Assembly: GCA_048938445.1 (NCBI GenBank)
Contig: JBHLME010000021.1
Location: 1 to 43,840 of the forward strand
Direction: 5' to 3'
DNA: 43,840 bases
From: Promethearchaeota archaeon
GTDB taxonomy: Archaea; Asgardarchaeota; Lokiarchaeia; Sigyniarchaeales; SOKP01
The position numbers and the translations under genes were made by a program. Position 1 is the first letter of the stretch. Every line of letters starts with the position of its first letter. A model generated the notes under the pieces. It was given only the letters and a program-made list of their open reading frames with translations, ran no database searches and was not told the origin of the DNA. Below, in pieces: positions 9,031 through 17,732 of the stretch.

Positions 9031-9459
9031 ATGTCGATATTCGTTGTTGAACCAAAATTACTATTAGATGCGATAGCTAAGAAATTGAAGGAAGATTATC
9101 CCGAGGTAACAGCTCCCCCAAAATCACGATTTTGGAAGACTGCTTTCTTTAAGGAACTGGCACCAGTGGATTCTGAGAATTTTTGGTATATTCGATGTGC
9201 CTCACTCATGAGAAAAGTAAAAAAGCATGGGCCTATCGGAATAAACAGATTAAGAAAGTTATATGGAGGAAGAAACAGACGGGGTCCAGGTTTATCCCAT
9301 AGTGCGAGAGGATCAGGGAAAATTATTCGGGTGGCATTACAACAATTAGAAAATTCTAATTTGATTCTTAAAACTGAAAAAAACGGACGGATATTGTCTC
9401 CTGAAGGAACTAGCCTATTAGAAAGAACGGCACATTCTATTTTACGAACGAAAAAATAA
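9031..9459 (+). CDS. rps19e: 30S ribosomal protein S19e
   Basis: KTAFFKELAP, WYIRCAS, GPIGINRLRKLYGG and GSGKIIRVALQQLE. Confidence 0.97.
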   Translation: MSIFVVEPKLLLDAIAKKLKEDYPEVTAPPKSRFWKTAFFKELAPVDSENFWYIRCASLMRKVKKHGPIGINRLRKLYGGRNRRGPGLSHSARGSGKIIRVALQQLENSNLILKTEKNGRILSPEGTSLLERTAHSILRTKK

Positions 9460-9491
9460 GATCCTAAAATAAATAGATTTGGTAGTTAATA

Positions 9492-9836
9492 ATGAGCGAT
9501 GAGGATGAATTAGAAGAAATTCGCAGGCGTAAATTAGCTCAATTACAACAACAAGGATTGCAGGAAGAACTTGCCAAGCAAGAAAAACAAGCCTTTGAAA
9601 ACCAAAAATATTTAATCATGCGTAAAATTTTAGACCAAGAAGGGAGACAGCGACTAGAAAACATAAGAATGGTGAAACCTCAATTTGCAGAACAAATTGA
9701 ATTGCAATTAATTCAATTATATCAAACTGGACAATTAAGAGGAAGGATACCATTACCGGATAAAGCCTTTAAGAGGTTATTAGAGCAAGTTGCTCAATCT
9801 GGTAAGAAAAAAGATTTCAGAATTAAAAATTTTTAA
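9492..9836 (+). CDS. PDCD5-like DNA-binding protein
   Basis: DELEEIRRRKLAQLQ..RQRLENIRMVKPQFAEQIELQLIQL; canonical position after rps19e. Confidence 0.92.
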   Translation: MSDEDELEEIRRRKLAQLQQQGLQEELAKQEKQAFENQKYLIMRKILDQEGRQRLENIRMVKPQFAEQIELQLIQLYQTGQLRGRIPLPDKAFKRLLEQVAQSGKKKDFRIKNF

Positions 9837-9859
9837 TTAAGTGGAGAGATGTCATACAC

Positions 9860-10021
9860 ATGGCCAGAAATAAAGATTTACCTTCAAAATTGAGAAGAGC
9901 AAAAAAATTAAAGCAAAGTCGGTCAATCCCGAGTTGGATTGTCATGAGAACAGGTGGCAAGGTTAGAACAAACCCATACTCAAGAAGAGAGTGGCGCAAC
10001 TCTAGATTAAAACGTGATTAA
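9860..10021 (+). CDS. rpl39e: 50S ribosomal protein L39e
   Basis: Not in the ORF track. Manual translation MARNKDLPSKLRRAKKLKQSRSIPSWIVMRTGGKVRTNPYSRREWRNSRLKRD* (53 aa); canonical position before rpl31e. Confidence 0.95.
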   Translation: MARNKDLPSKLRRAKKLKQSRSIPSWIVMRTGGKVRTNPYSRREWRNSRLKRD

Positions 10022-10048
10022 GGATAATACTTAAAAAGGTAGGATAAT

Positions 10049-10513
10049 ATGGCAAAAAAAAAAATTGCACAAAAGGAGAAAGAAGTAAGTTTAGATGACT
10101 TGGAAGAAGAACTTTCGGAAGATACGGAAGATGTAGAAGACATCGAAGAAATAGACGAATTCAGCGTTGAAGATATTTCAGAAGAAGAAGAAATAAGTGA
10201 AATTTTTGAAGAAGGATTAGAAGAAATTGAAGAACGTGAACTTGTTGAAGAACCCAAGGAAGAAATAATTGATGAACGTATTTATACCGTGCCTCTTTCC
10301 AAGGCAAGGCATGGCCCAAGAAATAAATATGCAAAAAAAGCAATAAGATATCTAAGGGAATACATGACACGTCACATGAAGCCTGAGGCAATAATAATCT
10401 CTCAAGAAGTGAATGAGAAAATTTGGTCAAGAGGCATACAAAAACCACCAAGAAAGTTAAAAATAAGAGCAACAAAAAATGTTGATGGATTAGTTGTTTT
10501 ATATTTAGCCTAA
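10049..10513 (+). CDS. rpl31e: 50S ribosomal protein L31e with acidic N-terminal extension
   Basis: ERIYTVPL..AKKAIRYLREYMTRHMK..VNEKIWSRGIQKPPRKLKI. Confidence 0.95.
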   Translation: MAKKKIAQKEKEVSLDDLEEELSEDTEDVEDIEEIDEFSVEDISEEEEISEIFEEGLEEIEERELVEEPKEEIIDERIYTVPLSKARHGPRNKYAKKAIRYLREYMTRHMKPEAIIISQEVNEKIWSRGIQKPPRKLKIRATKNVDGLVVLYLA

Positions 10514-10665
10514 TAATCCTATTATATACAAATTTTAATTAAATGATTCTATAAAATTGACCTTTATTTAATTGATAATTAAAATGGTTCTTAGCAAGAA
10601 TCTATTACTGTATTTTTTACTTTTTTGGAAATTTATTTAAATATAATATTGTGTTATTATAATTC

Positions 10666-10980
10666 ATGCACAAAAATTATGATAATTTAGCCTTAGGATT
10701 AGCGATAGTGGGATTATCTGTTGCCTCATTGGAATTTTTTGTTGCATTAGGCTTATTACCCGAATTTCTAAGGTATGTTTCTTATGCTGCAAATGGAGCA
10801 AGTATGGCAGGACTTATTTTCGGAATTATATCTTTAAAAACCACTGTACATGCGTGGAAACCTATATTAGCTATTATATTCTTTTGTATAACAACTGTTA
10901 TTACTATAATAGCATTGGTTGCATTATTAATCCAATTAATTCCATTAATCCGTGAACTTATTCAACTAATCCGTTCTTAA
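10666..10980 (+). CDS. Small membrane protein (about 3 TM)
   Basis: Three hydrophobic segments; AT-rich TATA-like tract upstream and T-run downstream. Confidence 0.6.
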   Translation: MHKNYDNLALGLAIVGLSVASLEFFVALGLLPEFLRYVSYAANGASMAGLIFGIISLKTTVHAWKPILAIIFFCITTVITIIALVALLIQLIPLIRELIQLIRS

Positions 10981-11138
10981 AAATTTAACTTTTTTTCTTT
11001 ATTTTTAAAACTTTAATTGATTAGATATTAACAAGGTTAAGAAGTCAATAATTTAAAAAAATTATTAAGAAATGTAAGATTAGCCTAATTGCCCCTTATT
11101 AAATTGGGAAACTATAAATTTTAACGTTCTGTGACCGC

Positions 11139-11810
11139 ATGGCAATTTTAAAAGCCCAAGTTTTTGGTAAGAGTTTAATTGGCGTGTACTTAAGCGCAAA
11201 TAATTCATTTATTCTGTATCCTCCTAATTTATTAAAAATATCATATAATAAATTTGTCAAAACTTTTGGGGAACCATTTTATCCACTAACCATTAATAAT
11301 TCAAATTTATTAGGAGTTTATGTTGCAAGTAATAAATATGGAATTATTTTACCACAAATCATAAGAGATGATGAATTAAAGTCATTAAAAACTCATTTAG
11401 ATGATGGTATTACAATAAAAACAATAAAATCCGTCGATAATGCATTTGGTAATCTAATTTTATGTAATGATAAAGGAGCAATCATAAGTTCTTTATTAAA
11501 AGATTTTAAAAAAAAAATAGAAGATATTTTAAACGTCGAAACGTTAGTATATGAATTTGCAGGATCTTACTTACCTGGTTCCTTATCTCTAGCAAATAAT
11601 AATGGTTGTGTTGTTTCACCACTTACAAATGATGATGAAATTGACATGATTACTTCTGTATTAAAAGTTAAAGAAACCGATGTTTCTAGTATTAATCGTG
11701 GTATACAATATCTTAGTGCGGGAGCAATAGTCAATGATAGAAGTGGAATATTTGGTGTAGAAAGTACAGGACCTGAATTATCTCGAATAACCTCCATCCT
11801 TGAATTATAA
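11139..11810 (+). CDS. eif6: Translation initiation factor 6 (aIF6)
   Basis: IGVY, LLGVYVASNKYGIILP, AFGNLILCNDKGAIIS, SINRG and STGPEL pentein repeats; conserved gene order. Confidence 0.95.
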   Translation: MAILKAQVFGKSLIGVYLSANNSFILYPPNLLKISYNKFVKTFGEPFYPLTINNSNLLGVYVASNKYGIILPQIIRDDELKSLKTHLDDGITIKTIKSVDNAFGNLILCNDKGAIISSLLKDFKKKIEDILNVETLVYEFAGSYLPGSLSLANNNGCVVSPLTNDDEIDMITSVLKVKETDVSSINRGIQYLSAGAIVNDRSGIFGVESTGPELSRITSILEL

Positions 11811-11970
11811 TAAACCTAAATTTTCATTCTTTTTAAGAATTAAATAGATTTAGTTACGTGTAGTTTATAATTAAACTTTTATATATTATTAAAAAGATAA
11901 TATATCATTCGTAATTTTTTTATGTTGGGTACATCCAAAATACTTCTTTGAATGAAGGAGGTAATGAAAA

Positions 11971-12945
11971 TTGGAAAAAAATAATCAGAGGAAGATAGTA
12001 TCATCGATAATTGCACTTGCGAGACCACGAACATGGATATTTGCTTCATTAGCGTTCTTTTTCGGATATTTAATTACTGGATCTTGGGAGATCACATATC
12101 TAATACTTGGTATTATAATTTTCATGCTATTATCAGCTGCAGTTAATTTAGTTAATGCTTACTATGATAGGTTCGAGGATAAAATAAATCAACCAATTAG
12201 AACAGAAATGCTAGAAGCTATAGGTCTTAGAAACATGAAAATACTTCTAATAGGTATTTATAGTGTAGCAATTTTCCTTTCAATGTGGATAAATTTGATG
12301 TTCTTTATTGTTGCTCTAATAGCTGTTTTTGATTCAATATTCTATTCTGCACCACCACTCCGTTTTAAAAAAAATATGCTTGTTGGTATGATAGCATTTT
12401 CAGGGGCTATAGCAATTCCTTTCGTTGCTGGATGGGTAATTAATAAACCAATTTGGGAGTTATCCCCCATGTTTTACCTGATAACTTATTTCTTTTTTAC
12501 TTATTTTTCTGTAAAAAACATACCTGATTTTCTTGGTGATAAAAAAGCTAAGGTTAAAACTGTAATGACAAGGTATAATAAGTATGAAAAAGGTGTCTAT
12601 ATTAGTTTTTTCATTCTTTTCACGCCCTATGTTTTACTCCTCGTTCTATTAATCTTGAACATGTTAAGTGGCGTCTATTATACCATGTACATCTTAATTC
12701 CTGTTTTATTATATCTCCTAAAGGAAAATCTACAGCATGAAAACAATCTTCCCAGGCTTGAGAGATTACACACATATGGATTCTTATATTCAGTCACATT
12801 TCTAAACATTATCTTATTTTTAAGCGTGCTTTCAATTGAAACGATCGTTTGGATTGCTTTTAGCTATTTTTACCTGTTATTTTTCATGAAATTAAGATAT
12901 ATTGACTCAAGACACGAAGAATCTCAGGGTATGGGGAAAAATTAA
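11971..12945 (+). CDS. UbiA-family prenyltransferase
   Basis: RPRTW, NAYYDRFEDKIN (NxxxDxxxD), YSAPPLRFK and IPDFLGD motifs; polytopic; GGAGGT SD before TTG. Confidence 0.88.
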   Translation: MEKNNQRKIVSSIIALARPRTWIFASLAFFFGYLITGSWEITYLILGIIIFMLLSAAVNLVNAYYDRFEDKINQPIRTEMLEAIGLRNMKILLIGIYSVAIFLSMWINLMFFIVALIAVFDSIFYSAPPLRFKKNMLVGMIAFSGAIAIPFVAGWVINKPIWELSPMFYLITYFFFTYFSVKNIPDFLGDKKAKVKTVMTRYNKYEKGVYISFFILFTPYVLLLVLLILNMLSGVYYTMYILIPVLLYLLKENLQHENNLPRLERLHTYGFLYSVTFLNIILFLSVLSIETIVWIAFSYFYLLFFMKLRYIDSRHEESQGMGKN

Positions 12946-13061
12946 TTTTTCAATTTTTTTCTTTTTTTTTATAAAAAATAATTAGACGCATGAAAAACCA
13001 AAATTTAATATTTTTGAATACATTTAAATCCATAATCACAGAATAATAGGATTTAATTTAA

Positions 13062-13292
13062 ATGGCGTCAGAGATAAAGATATTTAAAATAATAGGAACT
13101 TATTTTAAAAATAAGAAAAAATATAAATTCAGTAAAGAGATTCGGGCATTAAAAGAAGATGACGCTCTTGAAAAAATGTATGCCATGATTACTTCAATTG
13201 GCCTATATAGACGTCAAATTACTGTTGAAGAAATTAAAGAAATTTCTCCAGAAGAATGTCAAGATTATCTTATTCGTGAATTAAATAAATAA
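13062..13292 (+). CDS. rpl18a: 50S ribosomal protein L18Ae (LX/eL20)
   Basis: KIFKIIG..FSKEIRALKEDDALEKMY..RRQITVEEIKEI; directly before pfdA. Confidence 0.92.
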   Translation: MASEIKIFKIIGTYFKNKKKYKFSKEIRALKEDDALEKMYAMITSIGLYRRQITVEEIKEISPEECQDYLIRELNK

Positions 13293-13305
13293 AAGTAGGA
13301 TTAAA

Positions 13306-13719
13306 ATGGAAAATACTGAAAATAATAATATTCAACAACAATTATATCAATTTCAATATTTAAAAGAACAAAGAGACGCTCTTGCTCAAAATTTGGGATT
13401 GATAAATGCTTCTTTACAGAATTACATGACAACTAAAGCAACTATCGAAAATTTAAAGAATGTAAAAGAAGGAGAAGAAATTTTAATCCCTATTGGCGGT
13501 TCAATAATCATTAAAGCAACTATTGGATCTATAGATAAAATTTTGACATATGTTAGCCAAGATGTCGCCATTGAAAAAAGTATTGATGAAACTAATGAAT
13601 TTATTGATAAAATAATCGAACAGCATAATGAACAGATAAATTTCTTAAATAATGAACTTTATAAGCTGGATTTAACATTACAGGGAATGTCTCAGCTAAT
13701 CCAGCAAGGATCTCCTTAA
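13306..13719 (+). CDS. pfdA: Prefoldin subunit alpha
   Basis: Coiled coils flanking EILIPIGG..IKA..DKIL..VAIEKS hairpins; conserved context. Confidence 0.92.
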   Translation: MENTENNNIQQQLYQFQYLKEQRDALAQNLGLINASLQNYMTTKATIENLKNVKEGEEILIPIGGSIIIKATIGSIDKILTYVSQDVAIEKSIDETNEFIDKIIEQHNEQINFLNNELYKLDLTLQGMSQLIQQGSP

Positions 13720-13785
13720 AATGGATGATTCACCAAGATCTTTAATTGAATTTTAAAATAAATCTAATTTTAAATGATATAACAT

Positions 13786-14682
13786 ATGAAAAATAAATTA
13801 TCTAAGATATTTTCTAATTTTGTTAAGAAAACCTTAACGGAAAAAAAATTAGATGCAATTTCGGAATTGAAATTATTATTAGTAAGTAATGATGTTGCAT
13901 TAAATACCGCTGAAGAGATCTGTAATCAATTATCCGAACGTTTAAAAGGTGAACAAATAGGACGTTTAACTTCAACAAAAAGTTTTTTATATAATGAATT
14001 GAGAGAAATAATTAGAAATATTTTAACTCCAGAACAAGAGATAGATTTATTAGCTGACATCAAGGCAAAAAATTTAAAAAACCTTCCATATGTAATGGTA
14101 TTTTTAGGAGTAAACGGAACTGGAAAGACTACTACAATGGCTAAAATTGCTCATTTCTTAAAAAAGCAAGGATTATCATCTGTTGCAGCTGCATCAGATA
14201 CATTTAGAGCAGGAGCCATTGAGCAATTATCAAAACACATGGAAAATGTGGGAATAAGAGTTATAAAACATGAATATAAATCTGATCCGGCAAGTGTGGC
14301 TTTTGATGCGGTTAATCACGCAAAGGCCAAGAATGTGAATGTTGTTTTAGTAGATACAGCAGGGAGACAAGTAACTGATAAAAATTTGATGGTAGAAATG
14401 CAAAAAATAGTAAGAATATCAGAACCAGATATGAAAGTACTAATAGTAGATAGTTTATCTGGTAATGACGCATTACATCAAGCAAAAGAATTCAAAAAAC
14501 ATATTGGTATCGATACAAACATATTAACTAAAATTGATGCTGATGCTAGTGGTGGTGCTGCTCTTTCCATTACATATGAAACAAAAAAACCAATTTTATT
14601 CATTGGAAGTGGACAAGGATATGATGATCTTAAAGATTTTTCTATTGATAAGTTTATTGAAAACATTCTCAGTATTGATTAG
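13786..14682 (+). CDS. ftsY: SRP receptor FtsY
   Basis: LLVSNDVA, GVNGTGKTTT, DTFRAGA, DTAGR, TKIDAD and GQGYDDL. Confidence 0.97.
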   Translation: MKNKLSKIFSNFVKKTLTEKKLDAISELKLLLVSNDVALNTAEEICNQLSERLKGEQIGRLTSTKSFLYNELREIIRNILTPEQEIDLLADIKAKNLKNLPYVMVFLGVNGTGKTTTMAKIAHFLKKQGLSSVAAASDTFRAGAIEQLSKHMENVGIRVIKHEYKSDPASVAFDAVNHAKAKNVNVVLVDTAGRQVTDKNLMVEMQKIVRISEPDMKVLIVDSLSGNDALHQAKEFKKHIGIDTNILTKIDADASGGAALSITYETKKPILFIGSGQGYDDLKDFSIDKFIENILSID

Positions 14683-14801
14683 AGACAATTTCATTTTCAA
14701 TAGATAAAATTTTTTAACAAAACAGTTTTAAATTAATCATTAAGGTTAGTTTTAATATTAAAAAACCAAGAATTGTATTAAATCGTATAAGTGTCGAATA
14801 A

Positions 14802-15050
14802 ATGTCAAATTATCCGAAATATGAAAAATACGCGAAATATCAAAAAGGAAAGAAACCAAGTTATCCAGAGAGATTCAGGGAGTTTTTAAGAAGCTCGAAG
14901 CGAGTTCTAAAGATAGCTACTAAACCAAATAGAAAGGAATATTTCTTGGTTTTTAAAATTTGTATCATAGGAATCGTGATATTAGGAGGACTTTACTATA
15001 TCCTACAATTAGTCTTTACTTTTGTAATGAATTTTTTAAATCCACAATAA
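14802..15050 (+). CDS. secE: Protein translocase SecE/Sec61 gamma
   Basis: RVLKIATKPNRKEY plus a single C-terminal TM helix; follows ftsY. Confidence 0.93.
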   Translation: MSNYPKYEKYAKYQKGKKPSYPERFREFLRSSKRVLKIATKPNRKEYFLVFKICIIGIVILGGLYYILQLVFTFVMNFLNPQ

Positions 15051-15075
15051 CTATTTTTAAATAACTTGAAAGAAA

Positions 15076-15498
15076 ATGAGAATATCCATTCATCTTTCAG
15101 AAAATTTACATTTTGTTGCGAAAACAAGACATTTCGATACAATCCATATTGATGAACCAGAGTCATTTCATGGAACTGATCTTGGACCAAGTTCAGTGGA
15201 GTATATATTAATTGGAATTGGTGGCTGTTTAGGTTCAACCTTATCATTTTGTCTTAAAAAGAAAAAAATTGAAATAAAAGATTTAGAAATTATAATTGGT
15301 GGTACTTTAAAGCATGAAGGTCCTAATAAGCGTTTAAGAATAGTGAGAGTAAATGCTGAAATATTTCTTGCTACTGAAAATTCTGACTCAGATGAACAGG
15401 TTGGATTTTGTATTAATAATTTCTTGGAACACTGCGTTGTATCAAATTCTATAATTCCAGGTTTTCCTATTGATGTAAAGGTTATACAAAAAAAGTAA
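15076..15498 (+). CDS. OsmC-family protein
   Basis: DEPESFHGTDLGPSSVEY..GGC and HCVVSNSI (two conserved Cys). Confidence 0.88.
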   Translation: MRISIHLSENLHFVAKTRHFDTIHIDEPESFHGTDLGPSSVEYILIGIGGCLGSTLSFCLKKKKIEIKDLEIIIGGTLKHEGPNKRLRIVRVNAEIFLATENSDSDEQVGFCINNFLEHCVVSNSIIPGFPIDVKVIQKK

Positions 15499-15511
15499 AA
15501 AAAGAGATAAA

Positions 15512-16702
15512 TTAAAAATAATAAACAGAGATATTTTCAGGAATCTTGAGGTCTTCTTCTTTATTTTTACATGCAATGAATTTAATTTTCATTTCTACAC
15601 ATAACGAAAGAAGTCGGGAAGATAAAATTCCATCGATTATCAGAAACGAGAGACTTTTATGCTCAGAAATGTTTCCAAATAGTTCTCCAACAGGTAAAGT
15701 AAAAAGTACTTCTCCTTTTTTATTAAGTCCAATACTATGAGCTGTTTGGATCTCATTTATCGCATTTTTAATAAAAGTAGAATCCTTGATTTTCAATTTG
15801 TTCAAAATTCTTTGAAGTACATCTTCTTTTTTCTTAACTTCTTTCTTAGGTTTAGATTTTTGTTCTGTATCTGTTGCTGAAATTGCAGGTTTTTTATTTT
15901 GAAGTGCTTTAATCATCTGCTTTCTGGTTAATTCTTCAACTTCATATCCTTCTGGAGCTCGAGCAATATAATCTATTTTAGCCACTTGTAAGAGTTCATT
16001 CAAGATAATCGTTCCTCCTCTATCACCATCTAAAAAAGCTGTAACCGTTTCTTTTTTCTTCGATAAATCTATTATAGACTTAGGAACTTGAGTACCTTGC
16101 ACGGCAATTGTATTTTTTATACCAATTCTCAATAGATTTAATACATCTGCACGTCCCTCAACGATAATTAAATCAGGATCTTCATCAACATCTGGACCTG
16201 CTGGTAAATTTTCAGAACCCCAAGAAGTGATTTCTGCTAATTTAATATCAGTATCAATCTTTTCTTCGATTTCACTTGATTCTAATGATTTTGAATCCCA
16301 TTCTTTGAGTAATTCGGCAGCTCTCTCTATGATTTTTTTTCTCTTTGTCTGTCTAACATCCCGAATTTCAACTAATTTTATTTCTGCTTCACAAGGTCCT
16401 ACTCTTGAGACTGTTTCAACCGTTGCCGCTAGAAGTGCTGTTTCACGACGAGTAAGACTTGAAGGAATTTTAATTATCCCCTCAGAAACTCCCTCCTTAG
16501 ATACATTTTCTACCTCAATTCTACCAATCCTACCTGATTTTTGCAAATCTCTTAAATCCAAATCCAATAAAAGGCCTTCTGTTTGACCAAAAACGGCCCC
16601 AACAATGTCTGATTTTTCAACTACACCTTTTATTTTAAATTTAGCGTCAATAATATATTTCGTTGTAAAATCTGTTTGATTTGTAATTTTATTCACTTCC
16701 AT
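15512..16702 (-). CDS. dnaG: Archaeal DnaG (TOPRIM primase-like, exosome-associated)
   Basis: GVVEKSDIVGAVFGQTEGL, LQKSGRIGRI, IVEGRADV and DGDRGG. Confidence 0.96.
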   Translation of the reverse strand: MEVNKITNQTDFTTKYIIDAKFKIKGVVEKSDIVGAVFGQTEGLLLDLDLRDLQKSGRIGRIEVENVSKEGVSEGIIKIPSSLTRRETALLAATVETVSRVGPCEAEIKLVEIRDVRQTKRKKIIERAAELLKEWDSKSLESSEIEEKIDTDIKLAEITSWGSENLPAGPDVDEDPDLIIVEGRADVLNLLRIGIKNTIAVQGTQVPKSIIDLSKKKETVTAFLDGDRGGTIILNELLQVAKIDYIARAPEGYEVEELTRKQMIKALQNKKPAISATDTEQKSKPKKEVKKKEDVLQRILNKLKIKDSTFIKNAINEIQTAHSIGLNKKGEVLFTLPVGELFGNISEHKSLSFLIIDGILSSRLLSLCVEMKIKFIACKNKEEDLKIPENISVYYF

Positions 16703-17489
16703 AATTATTCTTTATTCATATATTCATTCAAATAGAATCAATATTCCATATTCATTTAGGGTTACGTTAATTTTTGAAAATTGGAGCAACCCTTTTTTAA
16801 TCTTGCATAAATAATTCACTTATTTAGATAAAAGATCCTTATACCATCTAATTTACTAAATGAATTCATTATTAAAATGAATGAATTATTTTTATTACTA
16901 TGATTGATTATAATTATTTTATTTTGGTGAATGATGATGATTTGAATTTTTTTTTAATTTATAATAATTCTTCGTGATAATTCTTATTTCTTGCAAGCTA
17001 ACAATAATATTATGATATATTGATTAATTTTGAACGATTATTTTCTCATATATTATCATCAATTATATTGATGATTTGTATTTATAATAATGTACCTTAT
17101 AATAAAATTTTTTGTTATTTAGTATAAAAATTCAATTTTTAGCATTTTTCTGTATTATCCCAATATGATTTCTATTTATTTAAAAGTTATTCCTTACTTT
17201 TTTTTGATGAGCTCATATTGGAATAAAATAAGTTTAAACAGAATTTTAGATTCCACTTCGAAAAAAAAATCTATAAAATATAAAATAAATACGGAAATAG
17301 GAAATTTTTACTTTTTTTTTAGAAAAGAACCTAATGATGAATCGAAAATTACCGGGAAACTCATTTTTTTTCCTAAATAATAAACATCAAGTTATACTTT
17401 AAAATGAAATAGTTTTAAATCTAACTTTAACATAAATAATTTACATATTCAATTATTTTATTTTAATTAAAATTAGAAAGTGATTTAAA

Positions 17490-17675
17490 ATTAGAGTACG
17501 TGCTTGCTTGAGATGTAAGGAATATGTTGAGGTTGATGTCGATGATATTGATGTCAAAAACATGATTTATGTTTTTGAAGGGAATCATAGAGGTCATGCT
17601 CTCATTACTTGCGATCTTGATGAGGTAGAGTCATATAAAAAGGTTGTTCCACAGCTTTTACATGCTATGCATTAA
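17490..17675 (+). CDS. Small zinc-binding protein (CxxC..HxxH), ATT start
   Basis: Not in the ORF track. IRVRACLRCKEYVEVDVDDIDVKNMIYVFEGNHRGHALITCDLDEVESYKKVVPQLLHAMH* (61 aa); coding-like GC; in-frame TGA at 17481; AAGTGA SD-like element upstream of the ATT. Confidence 0.7.
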   Translation: MRVRACLRCKEYVEVDVDDIDVKNMIYVFEGNHRGHALITCDLDEVESYKKVVPQLLHAMH

Positions 17676-17732
17676 TTTTTTAATATATTTCTCAAGCGTA
17701 AAGAAGATTAAAAAAAAAATTTAGAGTTAATC

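Noticed and set aside
16925-16945. ATGATGA box C-like words (also at 3278)
   Set aside because: No suitably spaced CTGA box D, so no C/D sRNA call.
17165-17380. 71-aa ORF
   Set aside because: Homopolymer-rich AT DNA with no motif; probably spurious.
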